From an uncultured Desulfobacteraceae bacterium (GTDB taxonomy: Bacteria; Desulfobacterota; Desulfobacteria; Desulfobacterales; UBA11574): 64,000 nt of DNA. Location: positions 14,821 to 78,820 of the forward strand of contig CAYPIW010000124.1 in assembly GCA_964410925.1 (NCBI GenBank), written 5' to 3'. The translations under genes were made by a program, and so were the position numbers. Positions 37,318-47,080 of this stretch are shown here, in pieces (the stretch's first letter is position 1; each line of letters starts with the position of its first letter). The notes beneath the pieces are model-generated. The model did no database searches, was not told the DNA's origin, and saw nothing but the letters and a program-made list of their open reading frames with translations.

Positions 37318-38234
37318 AATTGAACTCTAAACAATTTCTCGATCTGAACGCCGAGTTTACCGAGTTTAAAACTGCGGCAGTGGCGATTCTGCCGGTTCCT
37401 TACGAAGGAGGGGTAACCTATGGCGCAGGCACCGCCCAGGGGCCGGATGCCGTCATTAACGCTTCGCAACATTTAGAACTATATGATGAGATGCTCAAGG
37501 CCGAGCCCTTCCGAATGGGCATCGCAACCTTAATGCCACTGAAATCTCCTTCTGATTTCCAAGGATTGCATGAAGCCATATACCGGTGTTCAAAAGCTGT
37601 GATCAAGGAAGACAAATTCGTGGTGTTGCTGGGGGGAGACCATTCTATCAGTATGGGGTATTTTCAAGCTTTACAGGAAAAACACCCCCTGCTTTCCGTC
37701 ATTCAACTCGACGCCCATGCAGATTTGAGAGACAAATATAGAGGCAACCCATTCAGCCATGCATGTGTAATGTCTCGGATACGGGAATTTACACCCCATA
37801 CGTTGCAAATCGGAATCCGGAGCATGTCATGGGATGAAGCTCAACGAATCGAACGGGAGAATTTATCAGTGTGTACCATGGCGGATTATCGCAGGGGTAA
37901 TTTTGATGTCGACGCCGAAATTTCCCGCCTGCCGGACCCGGTATATGTAACTGTGGATGTCGATGTTTTCGACTGGAGCGTCATCCGAAGTACCGGAACC
38001 CCTGAGCCAGGCGGTTTTTTGTGGGATGAAGCGTTACACTTATTGCAAAAAATCTTTATGAAAAAAAATGTTGCAGGTTTCGACGTTGTAGAACTCTCCG
38101 GTGACCCACACGATCGAAATTCAGCTTTTGCCGTTGCCAAGCTTATTTATAAGATGCTGGGATTTAAGTTTGAAACCGCTGTACGACAAAAAATGCTGGA
38201 ATGGCCGGACAGACCCCGGGGAAGTCTGTTTTAG
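37314..38234 (+). CDS. speB: agmatinase (ureohydrolase family)
   Basis: Arginase-fold metal ligands GGDHSIS, QLDAHADLRD and VTVDVDVFD. It has an ATGA overlap with the upstream gene. Confidence 0.85.
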   Translation: MKLNSKQFLDLNAEFTEFKTAAVAILPVPYEGGVTYGAGTAQGPDAVINASQHLELYDEMLKAEPFRMGIATLMPLKSPSDFQGLHEAIYRCSKAVIKEDKFVVLLGGDHSISMGYFQALQEKHPLLSVIQLDAHADLRDKYRGNPFSHACVMSRIREFTPHTLQIGIRSMSWDEAQRIERENLSVCTMADYRRGNFDVDAEISRLPDPVYVTVDVDVFDWSVIRSTGTPEPGGFLWDEALHLLQKIFMKKNVAGFDVVELSGDPHDRNSAFAVAKLIYKMLGFKFETAVRQKMLEWPDRPRGSLF

Positions 38235-38494
38235 TTTACCAGTTCGGAATGACCGTATGCATATAGAAGAACGAAAAGTTCTGATTTCGTCGAGATTTAG
38301 ATCCATGACCGGATAAAATAGCGGGATACTATCTATAGCCTCTTGATTTTATAGTAGATTTATGGATGAATCGGCAGTTCCATATTTTTATGTGTACTAA
38401 ATTGAGCAATTTTTTGCAAAGAAATCCGTAATAAATCAATGCAGGTTGAGTAAAATATCGCTCAATTTCAAATGTAAGGGTGCATATAACGGCA

Positions 38495-38809
38495 TTATAA
38501 ACAGATTTTTGCTTCAGGGGTGTGAGGTACAAACTGGTCGTAAGCGATCTGCAGGTATCTTCGAATCGTTATCATTTTCTGATCGTTGTCTAATTCAGTA
38601 ATCGAACCGGCAATTCTCACTTTTTTTTGAAGCAGCTTAAGGAGATCTCTTGCCTTAGCACTCTTCATATTTATCAAGAATTCCTCTTCCTGAGAAGTTG
38701 CCAAGGCAACAGCAACAGGATTACCATCTTCATCCCATCGAACAGGAACAATAATACCCTCTATATCACTGATGGTTTTTTTTGATATGCTGTGCTTTTT
38801 TTTTGACAT
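38495..38809 (-). CDS. 104-aa hypothetical protein, sigma-54-dependent
   Basis: The ORF lies ~60 nt downstream of a consensus sigma-54 promoter. No family recognised. Confidence 0.55.
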   Translation of the reverse strand: MSKKKHSISKKTISDIEGIIVPVRWDEDGNPVAVALATSQEEEFLINMKSAKARDLLKLLQKKVRIAGSITELDNDQKMITIRRYLQIAYDQFVPHTPEAKICL

Positions 38810-38870
38810 AAACGTTTCTCAATTTGAACGTTCATTCTATCATTCAATGCTCAGTTATTAATAACAGAAT

Positions 38871-38886
38871 AGCAAAGAACGTGCCA
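38871..38886 (-). promoter_or_regulatory. sigma-54 promoter (-24/-12)
   Basis: The minus strand reads TGGCAC-gttct-TTGCT, a full consensus. It lies between the NtrC-type regulator stop and the 104-aa ORF. Confidence 0.7.
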
Positions 38887-38934
38887 AAATTATAAGAGAA
38901 TAAATTAATTTATTATTTTATAGCGAAAAAATGC

Positions 38935-40335
38935 CTAAACCTTGTACTCTTCTTTTCGAATACCATATTTGGACATGAGTTTGTGAAGTTGTCTGGTGGT
39001 GATGCCGGCGTCCTCGGCGGATTTCTTGATTTTACCCTTGTTCCGGGCAATCAAGTCCTTTAAATACTGCCTTTCAAAATCTTCGACAGCCTTCTGCCTC
39101 GCTTTTGTTAACGTCAGGAGGAAATCCCTGGAAAAAACTGCCGCCGGGATTTCATCTCCAAACAGTTCGCCCGGAAAACTCTCCGGAGTCAATACTGAAG
39201 AGCTTTCCAGAATATAAGCTCGTTCGATAAGATTTTCCAGCTCTCTGATATTACCCGGCCAGGAATATGCTTTTAATGCTTCAAATACCGAAGGATGAAC
39301 CTTATGGATGTTTTTTTGATAGGACCGGTTCAGCTTTTTTAAAATCACGTCGACAAACAGAACAAGATCTTCAATCCTTTGTCTCAACGGAGGAATTTCG
39401 ATGGGGAACACGTTCAAGCGATAATAGAGATCTCTTCTGAACTGACCCTCATCGCTCATTTTCATAAGATCCGAGTTGGTTGCCGTTATAATTCTTGCAT
39501 CGGTTGATAGGGCTTCATCGCCGCCGACACGGTTGAATGTTCCATCCTGGAGAACCTGCAACAGCTTAATCTGAGCCAAAGGGGTGATCGTACCGACTTC
39601 GTCCAAAAAAATAGTACCTCCTTTGGCAATTTCGAATTTACCCAGTTTTCGACGAATTGCTCCGGTGAAAGCACCTTTCTCATGCCCGAACAATTCGCTC
39701 TCCAAAAGTGTGTCAGGAATGGCTCCGCAGTGAACACTAATAAACTGCGCACCTGCTCTACTGCTGTGCTGATGGATGAGATTGGCTAAAATGCCTTTGC
39801 CTGTTCCGGTTTCTCCTATCAGCATTACCGTCGACTTGGTCGGTGCAACGGAACGAATCTTATTGAAAACCAGTTGCATGGCAGGATTTTCCGTTTTCAC
39901 CACAGTCAAAGAATCCGCCCGCCAGAACTGATCACGAAAATAATCGATTTCCGATCGCTGGAGAATGGTCTGGTTGATGGATTCGGTTACAAGCCGCACT
40001 TCATCGGAAACTATGGGATAGGTAAGATAATCACTGGCCCCGGCTTTTACCAATGTCACCACCTGCCGAATCATATCCTGTGATGCCATGATAACAATTT
40101 CAATGGTTGGATAATGTTCTTTAAATGGTGCCAAGGCCTCAGTCCAGTCTTGCGTCTGTATGGATTCTAAAAGAACATGAAGATCAATAAAGATAAGATC
40201 ATATCTTTCTCGCCGTAACGCCTCGAGCGCCTTGTCTTTGCTGGAAACCGTCCCGAAGCGATGCTCTTTTGTAAATGCCGACTGAATCGGTTCAACCACA
40301 TCCTGTTTGTCTGAAATAATCAGTATCGATCGCAT
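38935..40335 (-). CDS. sigma-54-dependent response regulator (NtrC family)
   Basis: Receiver domain (YDLIFIDLHV), AAA+ domain (GETGTGKG, GAFTGA, ESELFGHEKGAFTGA) and a C-terminal Fis-type HTH. Confidence 0.9.
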   Translation of the reverse strand: MRSILIISDKQDVVEPIQSAFTKEHRFGTVSSKDKALEALRRERYDLIFIDLHVLLESIQTQDWTEALAPFKEHYPTIEIVIMASQDMIRQVVTLVKAGASDYLTYPIVSDEVRLVTESINQTILQRSEIDYFRDQFWRADSLTVVKTENPAMQLVFNKIRSVAPTKSTVMLIGETGTGKGILANLIHQHSSRAGAQFISVHCGAIPDTLLESELFGHEKGAFTGAIRRKLGKFEIAKGGTIFLDEVGTITPLAQIKLLQVLQDGTFNRVGGDEALSTDARIITATNSDLMKMSDEGQFRRDLYYRLNVFPIEIPPLRQRIEDLVLFVDVILKKLNRSYQKNIHKVHPSVFEALKAYSWPGNIRELENLIERAYILESSSVLTPESFPGELFGDEIPAAVFSRDFLLTLTKARQKAVEDFERQYLKDLIARNKGKIKKSAEDAGITTRQLHKLMSKYGIRKEEYKV

Positions 40336-40574
40336 GAGCTCACCTTAAGCCAAATCGCTTTTGTCACGTACGATACAATCGTAAAGTTTGCCTCCATGTA
40401 TAGAAAAATAATAAAAATGGCAATTCATTTATCGCATGGATTAAAATAAAACCTAAAGAATATTTTGTGATAACGTAAGATGGAATAAAGTCTGATATGA
40501 TGGAAGAAAAAACAAGGTAGAATAATGATAGCCTGTCCCAAAGATCTCTGTCATTACCTTTACCTGCATCTTAT

Positions 40575-40775
40575 CTACAAATCCTCAAGTGTTGTTACCT
40601 TGTGGTGGCAAGAAGGGCAAAAAAAATAGTTTGGGTAGGGGTCTTTCCCACAGATTCGACAGGTTCTTCCTGTTTTTGTTTTATTTTTTCGAAGGGTTTT
40701 TAGGCTTTTGTACTGACAGTTATACCTTTTTTGTTTTCTCTTCTTATTGATGTTTAACGCCATGGGGGATGCCAC
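40575..40775 (-). CDS. small basic zinc-ribbon protein (hypothetical)
   Basis: 66 aa with a Lys/Arg-rich N-terminus and then CRICGKDPYPNYFFCPSCHH. The start codon is uncertain (GTG, or an ATG 4 codons in). Confidence 0.35.
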   Translation of the reverse strand: MASPMALNINKKRKQKRYNCQYKSLKTLRKNKTKTGRTCRICGKDPYPNYFFCPSCHHKVTTLEDL

Positions 40776-40821
40776 TTTCTGTCCTTAAGCAAAAAGATGC
40801 AGGTAAAGTTTTTTTTACATT

Positions 40822-41184
40822 TTAGTACCCGGAAACCTTTTCCATTCTCTCCATTTCGGTTTTACATTTGATGCAATGCAGCGTCACCGGTCGAACTTTA
40901 AGCCGTTCAATACTAATTTCTTTACCACAAAACTCACAGATTCCGAAAGTCCCGTCTTCCAAACGGTCTAAGGCCTTTTTAATTTTTCGGATCAGATAAC
41001 TTTCCCGATCCCTTATCCGCAGCAACGTACTACGATCCGATTCAAAAGATGCACGGTCTAATGGGTCCGGCATATTATCGGTTACATCCAGCAAACCCTG
41101 AACCGTATGATCCGCATGATCGATCAAGGCCTTCAGTTGATCATTCAGAAGCCTCTTAAAATAATCCAAGTCTTGCTTTTTCAT
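40822..41184 (-). CDS. dksA: DksA/TraR-family C4 zinc-finger regulator
   Basis: 120 aa with a coiled-coil N-terminal half and CEFCGKEISIERLKVRPVTLHCIKCK. Confidence 0.85.
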   Translation of the reverse strand: MKKQDLDYFKRLLNDQLKALIDHADHTVQGLLDVTDNMPDPLDRASFESDRSTLLRIRDRESYLIRKIKKALDRLEDGTFGICEFCGKEISIERLKVRPVTLHCIKCKTEMERMEKVSGY

Positions 41185-41666
41185 CCGCCGTTCTCCGATA
41201 CGTATTTTAATAAAAATGGGTTAAGTCGGATATCTCAAGCAGTATTTGAATTGACTGCAAAATACTTGCCATTTCATCATATTATGTTTTTATAAAATTT
41301 AACTCGCGGATAATGAATAAGATTAAGTGCTTCCGGTTAAGGGTTAAAAGTTTTCTTTGTTTGATAATACACCAAATACAATTAACCACCTTCAAACATA
41401 ATGGATTTGTTATTCGGAATAGACAGTTCCTAAGTTTGCAAAAAACGGAATTTGGAATTCCTGTTTTGGATAGCCGCATGGTATGGAGAGGGTATAATCT
41501 ATTGAGGTAACATGTTATGATGCGCTTCCCGCAAGATCAGGAGGTTCTCCCTCAACAGTTTTTTAACAAATTGAAATGGTGTTTTTCTCTTTTCACTTGA
41601 CTAACACTTTCCTTTATTTCATTCCTTCAAATAAATATCTAACAATAATTCAACAGATTATTTAAT

Positions 41667-41682
41667 TGGCACGCCGGTTGCA
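41667..41682 (+). promoter_or_regulatory. sigma-54 promoter (-24/-12)
   Basis: TGGCAC-gccgg-TTGCA is a full consensus, ~125 nt upstream of the 78-aa ORF. Confidence 0.7.
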
Positions 41683-41807
41683 TTTAATCTCTTTACTCAT
41701 GATTCATTAAAGGGTGGGTCAGGACAACAGAATTAAATTCCGAGCGAAAATGATTGTTAAGATATTCATAATTATTTCAATAGGATTTTGCCCATTGGGT
41801 TTTAAAG

Positions 41808-42044
41808 ATGTCCGACAGTAAAAACGATAATGAGATGACAATGGAAAATAAAACAATTATCTGCATTCAATGTGAAAGAGAGTTTGAATTTACAGTCAAT
41901 GACCAATTACGTTATAAAAAAATGAACTTTGATGAACCCAGGCGATGTCCGGATTGCAGAAAAAACAAGATAAGGGGAGCAGATTTACAAGATATGACAC
42001 ATAACCGGAAACGAAAATTTAATCGGTCAAAGTTCGAAGATTAA
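41808..42044 (+). CDS. small zinc-ribbon protein (zf-trcl-like)
   Basis: 78 aa. CIQCEREFEFTVNDQLRYKKMNFDEPRRCPDCRK has the CxxC...F.F...Q...CxxCR pattern, and the C-terminus is basic. Confidence 0.6.
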   Translation: MSDSKNDNEMTMENKTIICIQCEREFEFTVNDQLRYKKMNFDEPRRCPDCRKNKIRGADLQDMTHNRKRKFNRSKFED

Positions 42045-42056
42045 GGAGGAACACCC

Positions 42057-42224
42057 ATGCGGAATTCAGACAGAATTTATCTTTCTAAACTGGCTTTGGA
42101 TCCTGATTCAGAATTCTTTGACTTTGAGAATGTAAACGATTCTGAATTTGTTTGTGACAATGAGATTGATCAATTTATGGATGAAGATATAAATGATCTG
42201 GAAGATCTCTTCTGGAAGAAGTAA
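42057..42224 (+). CDS. unannotated 55-aa highly acidic ORF
   Basis: It is below the ORF-track cutoff. AAGGAGG lies 7 nt upstream of the ATG at 42057. The translation is MRNSDRIYLSKLALDPDSEFFDFENVNDSEFVCDNEIDQFMDEDINDLEDLFWKK. It starts 12 nt after the previous stop. Confidence 0.5.
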   Translation: MRNSDRIYLSKLALDPDSEFFDFENVNDSEFVCDNEIDQFMDEDINDLEDLFWKK

Positions 42225-42361
42225 ACGATATTGGGGTTGCGGTGAACTGATAATCTGCCACTTGAAATATAAAGGTTACCCTGTTTTCTTGGCTCAGAAA
42301 ATATACCAAACTTATGTTTGTGATTTGCTGAAATACCCCTATCGACAGGTTTAATTGAAAA

Positions 42362-43474
42362 CTACAATAATGAATTCAGAGGTTCATATTTCAGTCCAAA
42401 AGCTTCGGCCACACCGTTATGTGTTATTTTTCCTTTTATGATATTAATACCTTTCGCTATGTCCTGATTTTCCCTTGCCGCTTTTTCATACCCTTTGTCA
42501 GCAAGTTCCAGTGCATAAGGGAGTGTTGCATTTGTCAGTGCTTTTGTTGATGTATATGAAACAGCTCCCGGCATATTCGTCACACAGTAATGTATGATCC
42601 CATCGACCTCAAATATGGGTTGGTCATGCGTAGTGGGTTTTGCCGTTTCCACACATCCTCCCTGGTCAATTGCCACATCTACAATCACCGAACCTTTTTT
42701 CATTAACGGTAACATGTCGCGTGTGAGCAATTTGGGCGCTACTGCACCGGGTATAAGAACCGCACCCACAATAAGATCGGCCTCTTTCAAAATTCTTCGA
42801 ATCGTCGCCGGACTGGACATGATCGGAAAGCAATTCTTGGGCATTACATCGCTGAGATACCGAAGACGTTCGAGATTGTTATCGAGAAGATAGACCTTTG
42901 CGCCGAGGCCACAAGCTATTTTGGCCGCATTGGTTCCAACGGTACCGGCGCCGATAATCAAGACAGTGCCGGAATCTACCCCCGTCACACCACCAAGAAG
43001 AATGCCCTTACCGCCAAAAGTCTTCTCAAGGTATTTGGCTCCCTCCTGAATAGCCATTTTGCCGGCAACTTCACTCATGGGCATAAGAAGCGGTAAAGAA
43101 CCGTTCTCCCGCTCCACTGTTTCGTAAGCCACCGCTATAGATCCCGAATCCATAATCGCCCGGGTAAGTTCCAGTGATGCCGCAAAATGGAAAAATGTAA
43201 ACAGAATCTGTTCGTTTCGTATCATTGGATATTCAACAGGAAGTGGCTCTTTTACCTTGATTATCATTTGGCATTTCTGGTAAATTTTTTTGGAAGTGTT
43301 GCAAATTACCGCACCGGCCTTTATATATTCTCCATCAGAAAAAGCTGAACCATCACCCGCATGGGTTTCAACCAGAATTTCGTGCCCATGTAACCGCATT
43401 TGTTCAACCCCTGATGGTGTCAAGGCAACTCGGTTTTCTTTGGTTTTTATCTCTTTTAAAACGCCGACTTGCAT
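42362..43474 (-). CDS. ald: alanine dehydrogenase
   Basis: MQVGVLKEIKTKENRVALTP N-terminus and NAD motif VLIIGAGTVGTNAA. The start is set at ATG 43472-43474, which is preceded by AGGAGG. Confidence 0.9.
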   Translation of the reverse strand: MQVGVLKEIKTKENRVALTPSGVEQMRLHGHEILVETHAGDGSAFSDGEYIKAGAVICNTSKKIYQKCQMIIKVKEPLPVEYPMIRNEQILFTFFHFAASLELTRAIMDSGSIAVAYETVERENGSLPLLMPMSEVAGKMAIQEGAKYLEKTFGGKGILLGGVTGVDSGTVLIIGAGTVGTNAAKIACGLGAKVYLLDNNLERLRYLSDVMPKNCFPIMSSPATIRRILKEADLIVGAVLIPGAVAPKLLTRDMLPLMKKGSVIVDVAIDQGGCVETAKPTTHDQPIFEVDGIIHYCVTNMPGAVSYTSTKALTNATLPYALELADKGYEKAARENQDIAKGINIIKGKITHNGVAEAFGLKYEPLNSLL

Positions 43475-43610
43475 CTTAGCCTCCTTATTACTATTTTGGT
43501 AACCGTTCACGGGTCCAGAGGTTCAAAATTCAACGATTACGGAAATTAAAGTCTTTGTAACAAAATATATAAAATTATGGAATAAATTATATAAAATTAT
43601 TGCAAATTTC

Positions 43611-43656
43611 TATAAAATAAAAATCCCGCGGCACAAAAGTGCCCGCGGGATTTTTA
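43611..43656 (-). terminator. dnaK terminator (bidirectional hairpin)
   Basis: atcccgcggcac-aaaa-gtgcccgcgggat has T-runs on both strands, ~25 nt after the dnaK stop. Confidence 0.8.
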
Positions 43657-43676
43657 TTTCAAAATGCCAGTAGCGG

Positions 43677-45614
43677 TTATTTTTTGTCGTCGTCCTTTAC
43701 CTCTTCGAAATCAGCATCCACAACATCCTCATCAGACCCTGAAGGTCCCGGCTGCTCCGGTCCTCCTGCTCCTGCTGCATCACTTCCGGCCTGCTGCTGA
43801 TCCGCCTGGGAAGCCTTCTGATACATGGCCTCGGCCAATTTATGGGAAGCCTGCGTCAATTCTTCGCTCAGGCGTTTGATCTCTGAAACATCATCCCCTT
43901 GCATAGCTTTCTTAAGGGGTTCAATGGCAGCTTCAACCCTGCCCTTTGTTTCAGCATCTATCTTGTCGCCAAGATCTTTTATCGATTTTTCCGTTGAATA
44001 GATCAAGGCATCGGCTGAGTTTCGAACATCAACCAGCTCCCTTTTCTTTTTATCCTCTTCAGCATGAAGTTCGGCATCTTTTATCAATCTGTCGATTTCT
44101 TCCTTGGACAAGCCGCTGGAAGCTGTTATTTGTATGGATTGCTCCTTGCCTGTTGCCATATCTTTTGCAGAAACGTTCACAATTCCATTGGCATCGATGT
44201 CAAATGCCACCTCGATTTGTGGCACGCCTCTTGGCGCGGGGGGGATCCCCACAAGTTCGAAGCGTCCCAAAGTCTTATTGCCGGCGGCCATTTCCCGCTC
44301 TCCCTGCAGTACATGAATAGATACAGCAGGCTGGTTGTCCGCAGCGGTTGAAAAAATCTGGCTCTTTTTAGTGGGAATGGTCGTGTTCTTTTCGATCAGC
44401 CGTGTCATTACACTGCCCAGAGTCTCTATACCCAGGGAAAGGGGAGTCACATCGAGAAGGAGAACATCCTTAACGTCCCCCTTCAATACACCGCCCTGAA
44501 TGGCCGCACCGATAGCAACAACTTCATCCGGGTTTACCCCCTTGTGGGGCTCTTTGCCAAAAATTTTCTTGACGCGCTCCTGAACCGCAGGCATTCGCGT
44601 CATACCGCCAACAAGAATCACTTCATTAATATCTTTGGTGGACAGCCCTGAATCCTTAAGCGCAATTCGACAGGGGTTTTCAAGTTTGTCCAGCAGGTCA
44701 CTGATAAGTCCTTCAAGTTTGGCTCGGGTTATTTTTATGTTAAGGTGCTTTGGACCGGCAGCATCAGCAGTAATAAATGGAAGATTAACATCCGTTTCCA
44801 TGGAAGTGGACAGTTCCATTTTTGCTTTTTCAGCAGCTTCTTTCAGTCTCTGTAACGCCATCTTATCGTTTCGTATATCAATCCCCTGGTCTTTTTTGAA
44901 CTCATTTGCCAGGTAATCGATAAGCCGAAGATCAAAATCTTCGCCGCCGAGATGGGTGTCACCGTTCGTAGCTTTAACTTCGAAAACCCCTTCGCCGATT
45001 TCGAGTATGGAGACATCAAATGTACCGCCCCCCAAGTCAAAGACAACAATTTTTTCTTCCTTTTTCTTGTCAAGGCCATATGCAAGTGATGCAGCGGTGG
45101 GTTCATTAATGATCCGCAACACATTAAGACCGGCAATTCTTCCGGCATCTTTGGTTGCCTGTCGCTGATTGTCATCAAAATAGGCAGGTACGGTTACCAC
45201 CGCGTCGGTAACTTTTTCTCCGAGATATTCTTCGGCCGTGTGTTTGATGGTTGCCAAAATAAAAGATGATATCTCCGCCGGACTATTTAACTTACCCCGA
45301 ATATTTATTCTGACATCGCCATTCTCTGCCTGTTCAATCTTATAGGGAAGTATTTTAATATCGTTCTGTACCTCTTTGGATGAATACTTACGACCGATAA
45401 GCCTTTTTACTGCAAAAACCGTATTCTCAGGATTGGTAATGGCCTGCCGTTTTGCAATTTGGCCAACCAACCTTTCCCCGTTGTCTGAAACGGCAACGAT
45501 GGAAGGTGTCGTACGCCCTCCTTCGGGATTTGTGATGACTTTTGCCTCGCTCCCTTCCATGACCGCTACACAGGAATTTGTAGTGCCCAAATCGATTCCA
45601 ATGACTTTACCCAT
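43677..45614 (-). CDS. dnaK: molecular chaperone DnaK (Hsp70)
   Basis: [28 protein letters not shown] and the full Hsp70 architecture. Confidence 0.97.
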   Translation of the reverse strand: MGKVIGIDLGTTNSCVAVMEGSEAKVITNPEGGRTTPSIVAVSDNGERLVGQIAKRQAITNPENTVFAVKRLIGRKYSSKEVQNDIKILPYKIEQAENGDVRINIRGKLNSPAEISSFILATIKHTAEEYLGEKVTDAVVTVPAYFDDNQRQATKDAGRIAGLNVLRIINEPTAASLAYGLDKKKEEKIVVFDLGGGTFDVSILEIGEGVFEVKATNGDTHLGGEDFDLRLIDYLANEFKKDQGIDIRNDKMALQRLKEAAEKAKMELSTSMETDVNLPFITADAAGPKHLNIKITRAKLEGLISDLLDKLENPCRIALKDSGLSTKDINEVILVGGMTRMPAVQERVKKIFGKEPHKGVNPDEVVAIGAAIQGGVLKGDVKDVLLLDVTPLSLGIETLGSVMTRLIEKNTTIPTKKSQIFSTAADNQPAVSIHVLQGEREMAAGNKTLGRFELVGIPPAPRGVPQIEVAFDIDANGIVNVSAKDMATGKEQSIQITASSGLSKEEIDRLIKDAELHAEEDKKKRELVDVRNSADALIYSTEKSIKDLGDKIDAETKGRVEAAIEPLKKAMQGDDVSEIKRLSEELTQASHKLAEAMYQKASQADQQQAGSDAAGAGGPEQPGPSGSDEDVVDADFEEVKDDDKK

Positions 45615-45653
45615 TTGCTATCCTCCTAATTTAAAATAATCTATGTGCCTTGT

Positions 45654-46331
45654 TCATTCTTTTTTTTTCTGAGTCGAGTTTTCTTGATTTTCAGATGCTG
45701 CTTTTTTTTTGGATACCACAACCATGGCGGGTCTTAAGAGTCTGTCGTGAATCAGATATCCTTTTTGTAGCTCTTTTGAAACCGTGTTCTCAGGATACGC
45801 CTCATCATCTTCCTGCATCACCGCCTGATGCAAACTGGGATCAAAGGTCTTTCCCAAAGACTCAAACGGTTTTATACCATACTGTTCAAAAACTTTTAGT
45901 ATTTCCCTGAGGGTCATATTGACGCCTTCCACCACCGAACTGTTCGAATGTTTATCATTACTTGAAGATTCGATGGCACGGTCCAGGTTGTCAACCACAG
46001 GGAGCATTGATTTCACAAAACTTTCATTGGCAAACTTTCTAAAATCGTTCATTTCACGTGCGGAACGCTTTTTGTAATTTTCAAACTCCGCCGCCAACCT
46101 TAACAGCCGATCATGAGTCTCTGAAGCCTCATTTTTGAAAGATTCTAGCTTTTCCTCCATCTCTTTGAGGGAATCCATGGTCTCAGTGCCGTCTTTTTTG
46201 TTTGAATCGCTTTTCTCACCTTTTTTATCTTCACTGATCTCATCTTCACTGATCTCATCTTCACTGAACTTATCTTCACTGGCGGTTTCATCAACATTCG
46301 TATGAATTTTGATTTTACTTTTTTTTGCCAT
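45654..46331 (-). CDS. grpE: nucleotide exchange factor GrpE
   Basis: GrpE core (RLAAEFENYKKR, GYLIHDRLLRPAMV) with an acidic SEDEI-repeat N-terminal tail. The start is set at MAKKSK. Confidence 0.9.
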   Translation of the reverse strand: MAKKSKIKIHTNVDETASEDKFSEDEISEDEISEDKKGEKSDSNKKDGTETMDSLKEMEEKLESFKNEASETHDRLLRLAAEFENYKKRSAREMNDFRKFANESFVKSMLPVVDNLDRAIESSSNDKHSNSSVVEGVNMTLREILKVFEQYGIKPFESLGKTFDPSLHQAVMQEDDEAYPENTVSKELQKGYLIHDRLLRPAMVVVSKKKAASENQENSTQKKKE

Positions 46332-46579
46332 CAGCCGTTGTTTTCTCCTGATTTTTTTTGAATATAGAGTAACCCGATTTTTCATAAAATACGGGCTTAT
46401 ACAAAAACATTAAAAAAATAAGACTGTCTATGATATTGTCAAGCAAGAAAAAGGGATTTTAGATTTTAAGTTCCGGATTTACCGATTGATTTTTATGGAT
46501 TTGAAGTATAGCGGTCGAGAGTAGAACGGGTTGTGCACCCCCTGTCGAATTTTTTCTGAAATGTAATAAGCCAAGGGCT

Positions 46580-46678
46580 TGATCGGGATCGATCCACGAC
46601 ACAGACTGCATTACTTATCGCTGCTTCCTTCCGGACCTGACGAGGTTCGTAACCGTCTGTTGCGCGGCGGCCGATCAG
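46580..46678 (-). ncRNA. ffs: signal recognition particle RNA (small 4.5S type)
   Basis: The minus strand contains the invariant domain IV core GTCAGGTCCGGAAGGAAGCAGC. The flanks pair as TGATCGG/CCGATCA and ACAGAC/GTCTGT. The ends are approximate (plus or minus 10 nt). Confidence 0.8.
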
Positions 46679-47080
46679 ATTGGCTCATAGGTTCCCAGAT
46701 TAAAACCCTTTAGAGGGAATTCAGCCCCGCATGAAGCGGATTTCGGGAAAAGGGCACCGCTAGCTCCCCGCCTAGCACAACCACAGCTATAAATATAATG
46801 GATTAAACAAAAATTCAAGTTAAAAAAGAAATCGGTTCTTCCACCACAATATAGACTACAATTTAAATTGTCCGATCTATATTCTGTGTTTTTTATTGAC
46901 ATTCATTGATTCGTATCATAATCTTTTTTAACTGCTTCAAAGGGAAACAAATGAAAGCCAGACAAACCGACGGAACACCGGTTACAATAAAAACTGTAAT
47001 GAGAGCACCCGAACCTACCGAGGTTTCCGTCCGATCCGGCATCGCAGGAGTATGGGATAAAAAAGTTTCTGAGCTTATTC

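Noticed and set aside
46217-46275. Tandem ~15-18-bp repeats (atcttcactgatctc...), considered as a mini CRISPR or VNTR
   Set aside because: They lie inside the grpE coding sequence and encode the SEDEISEDEISED acidic N-terminal tail. There is no spacer structure.
46332-46480. Searched upstream of grpE-dnaK for a CIRCE element (TTAGCACTC-N9-GAGTGCTAA) or a clear sigma-32 promoter
   Set aside because: No CIRCE-like inverted repeat is present. There is a CTTGACA with a poor -10 match, which is too weak to call.
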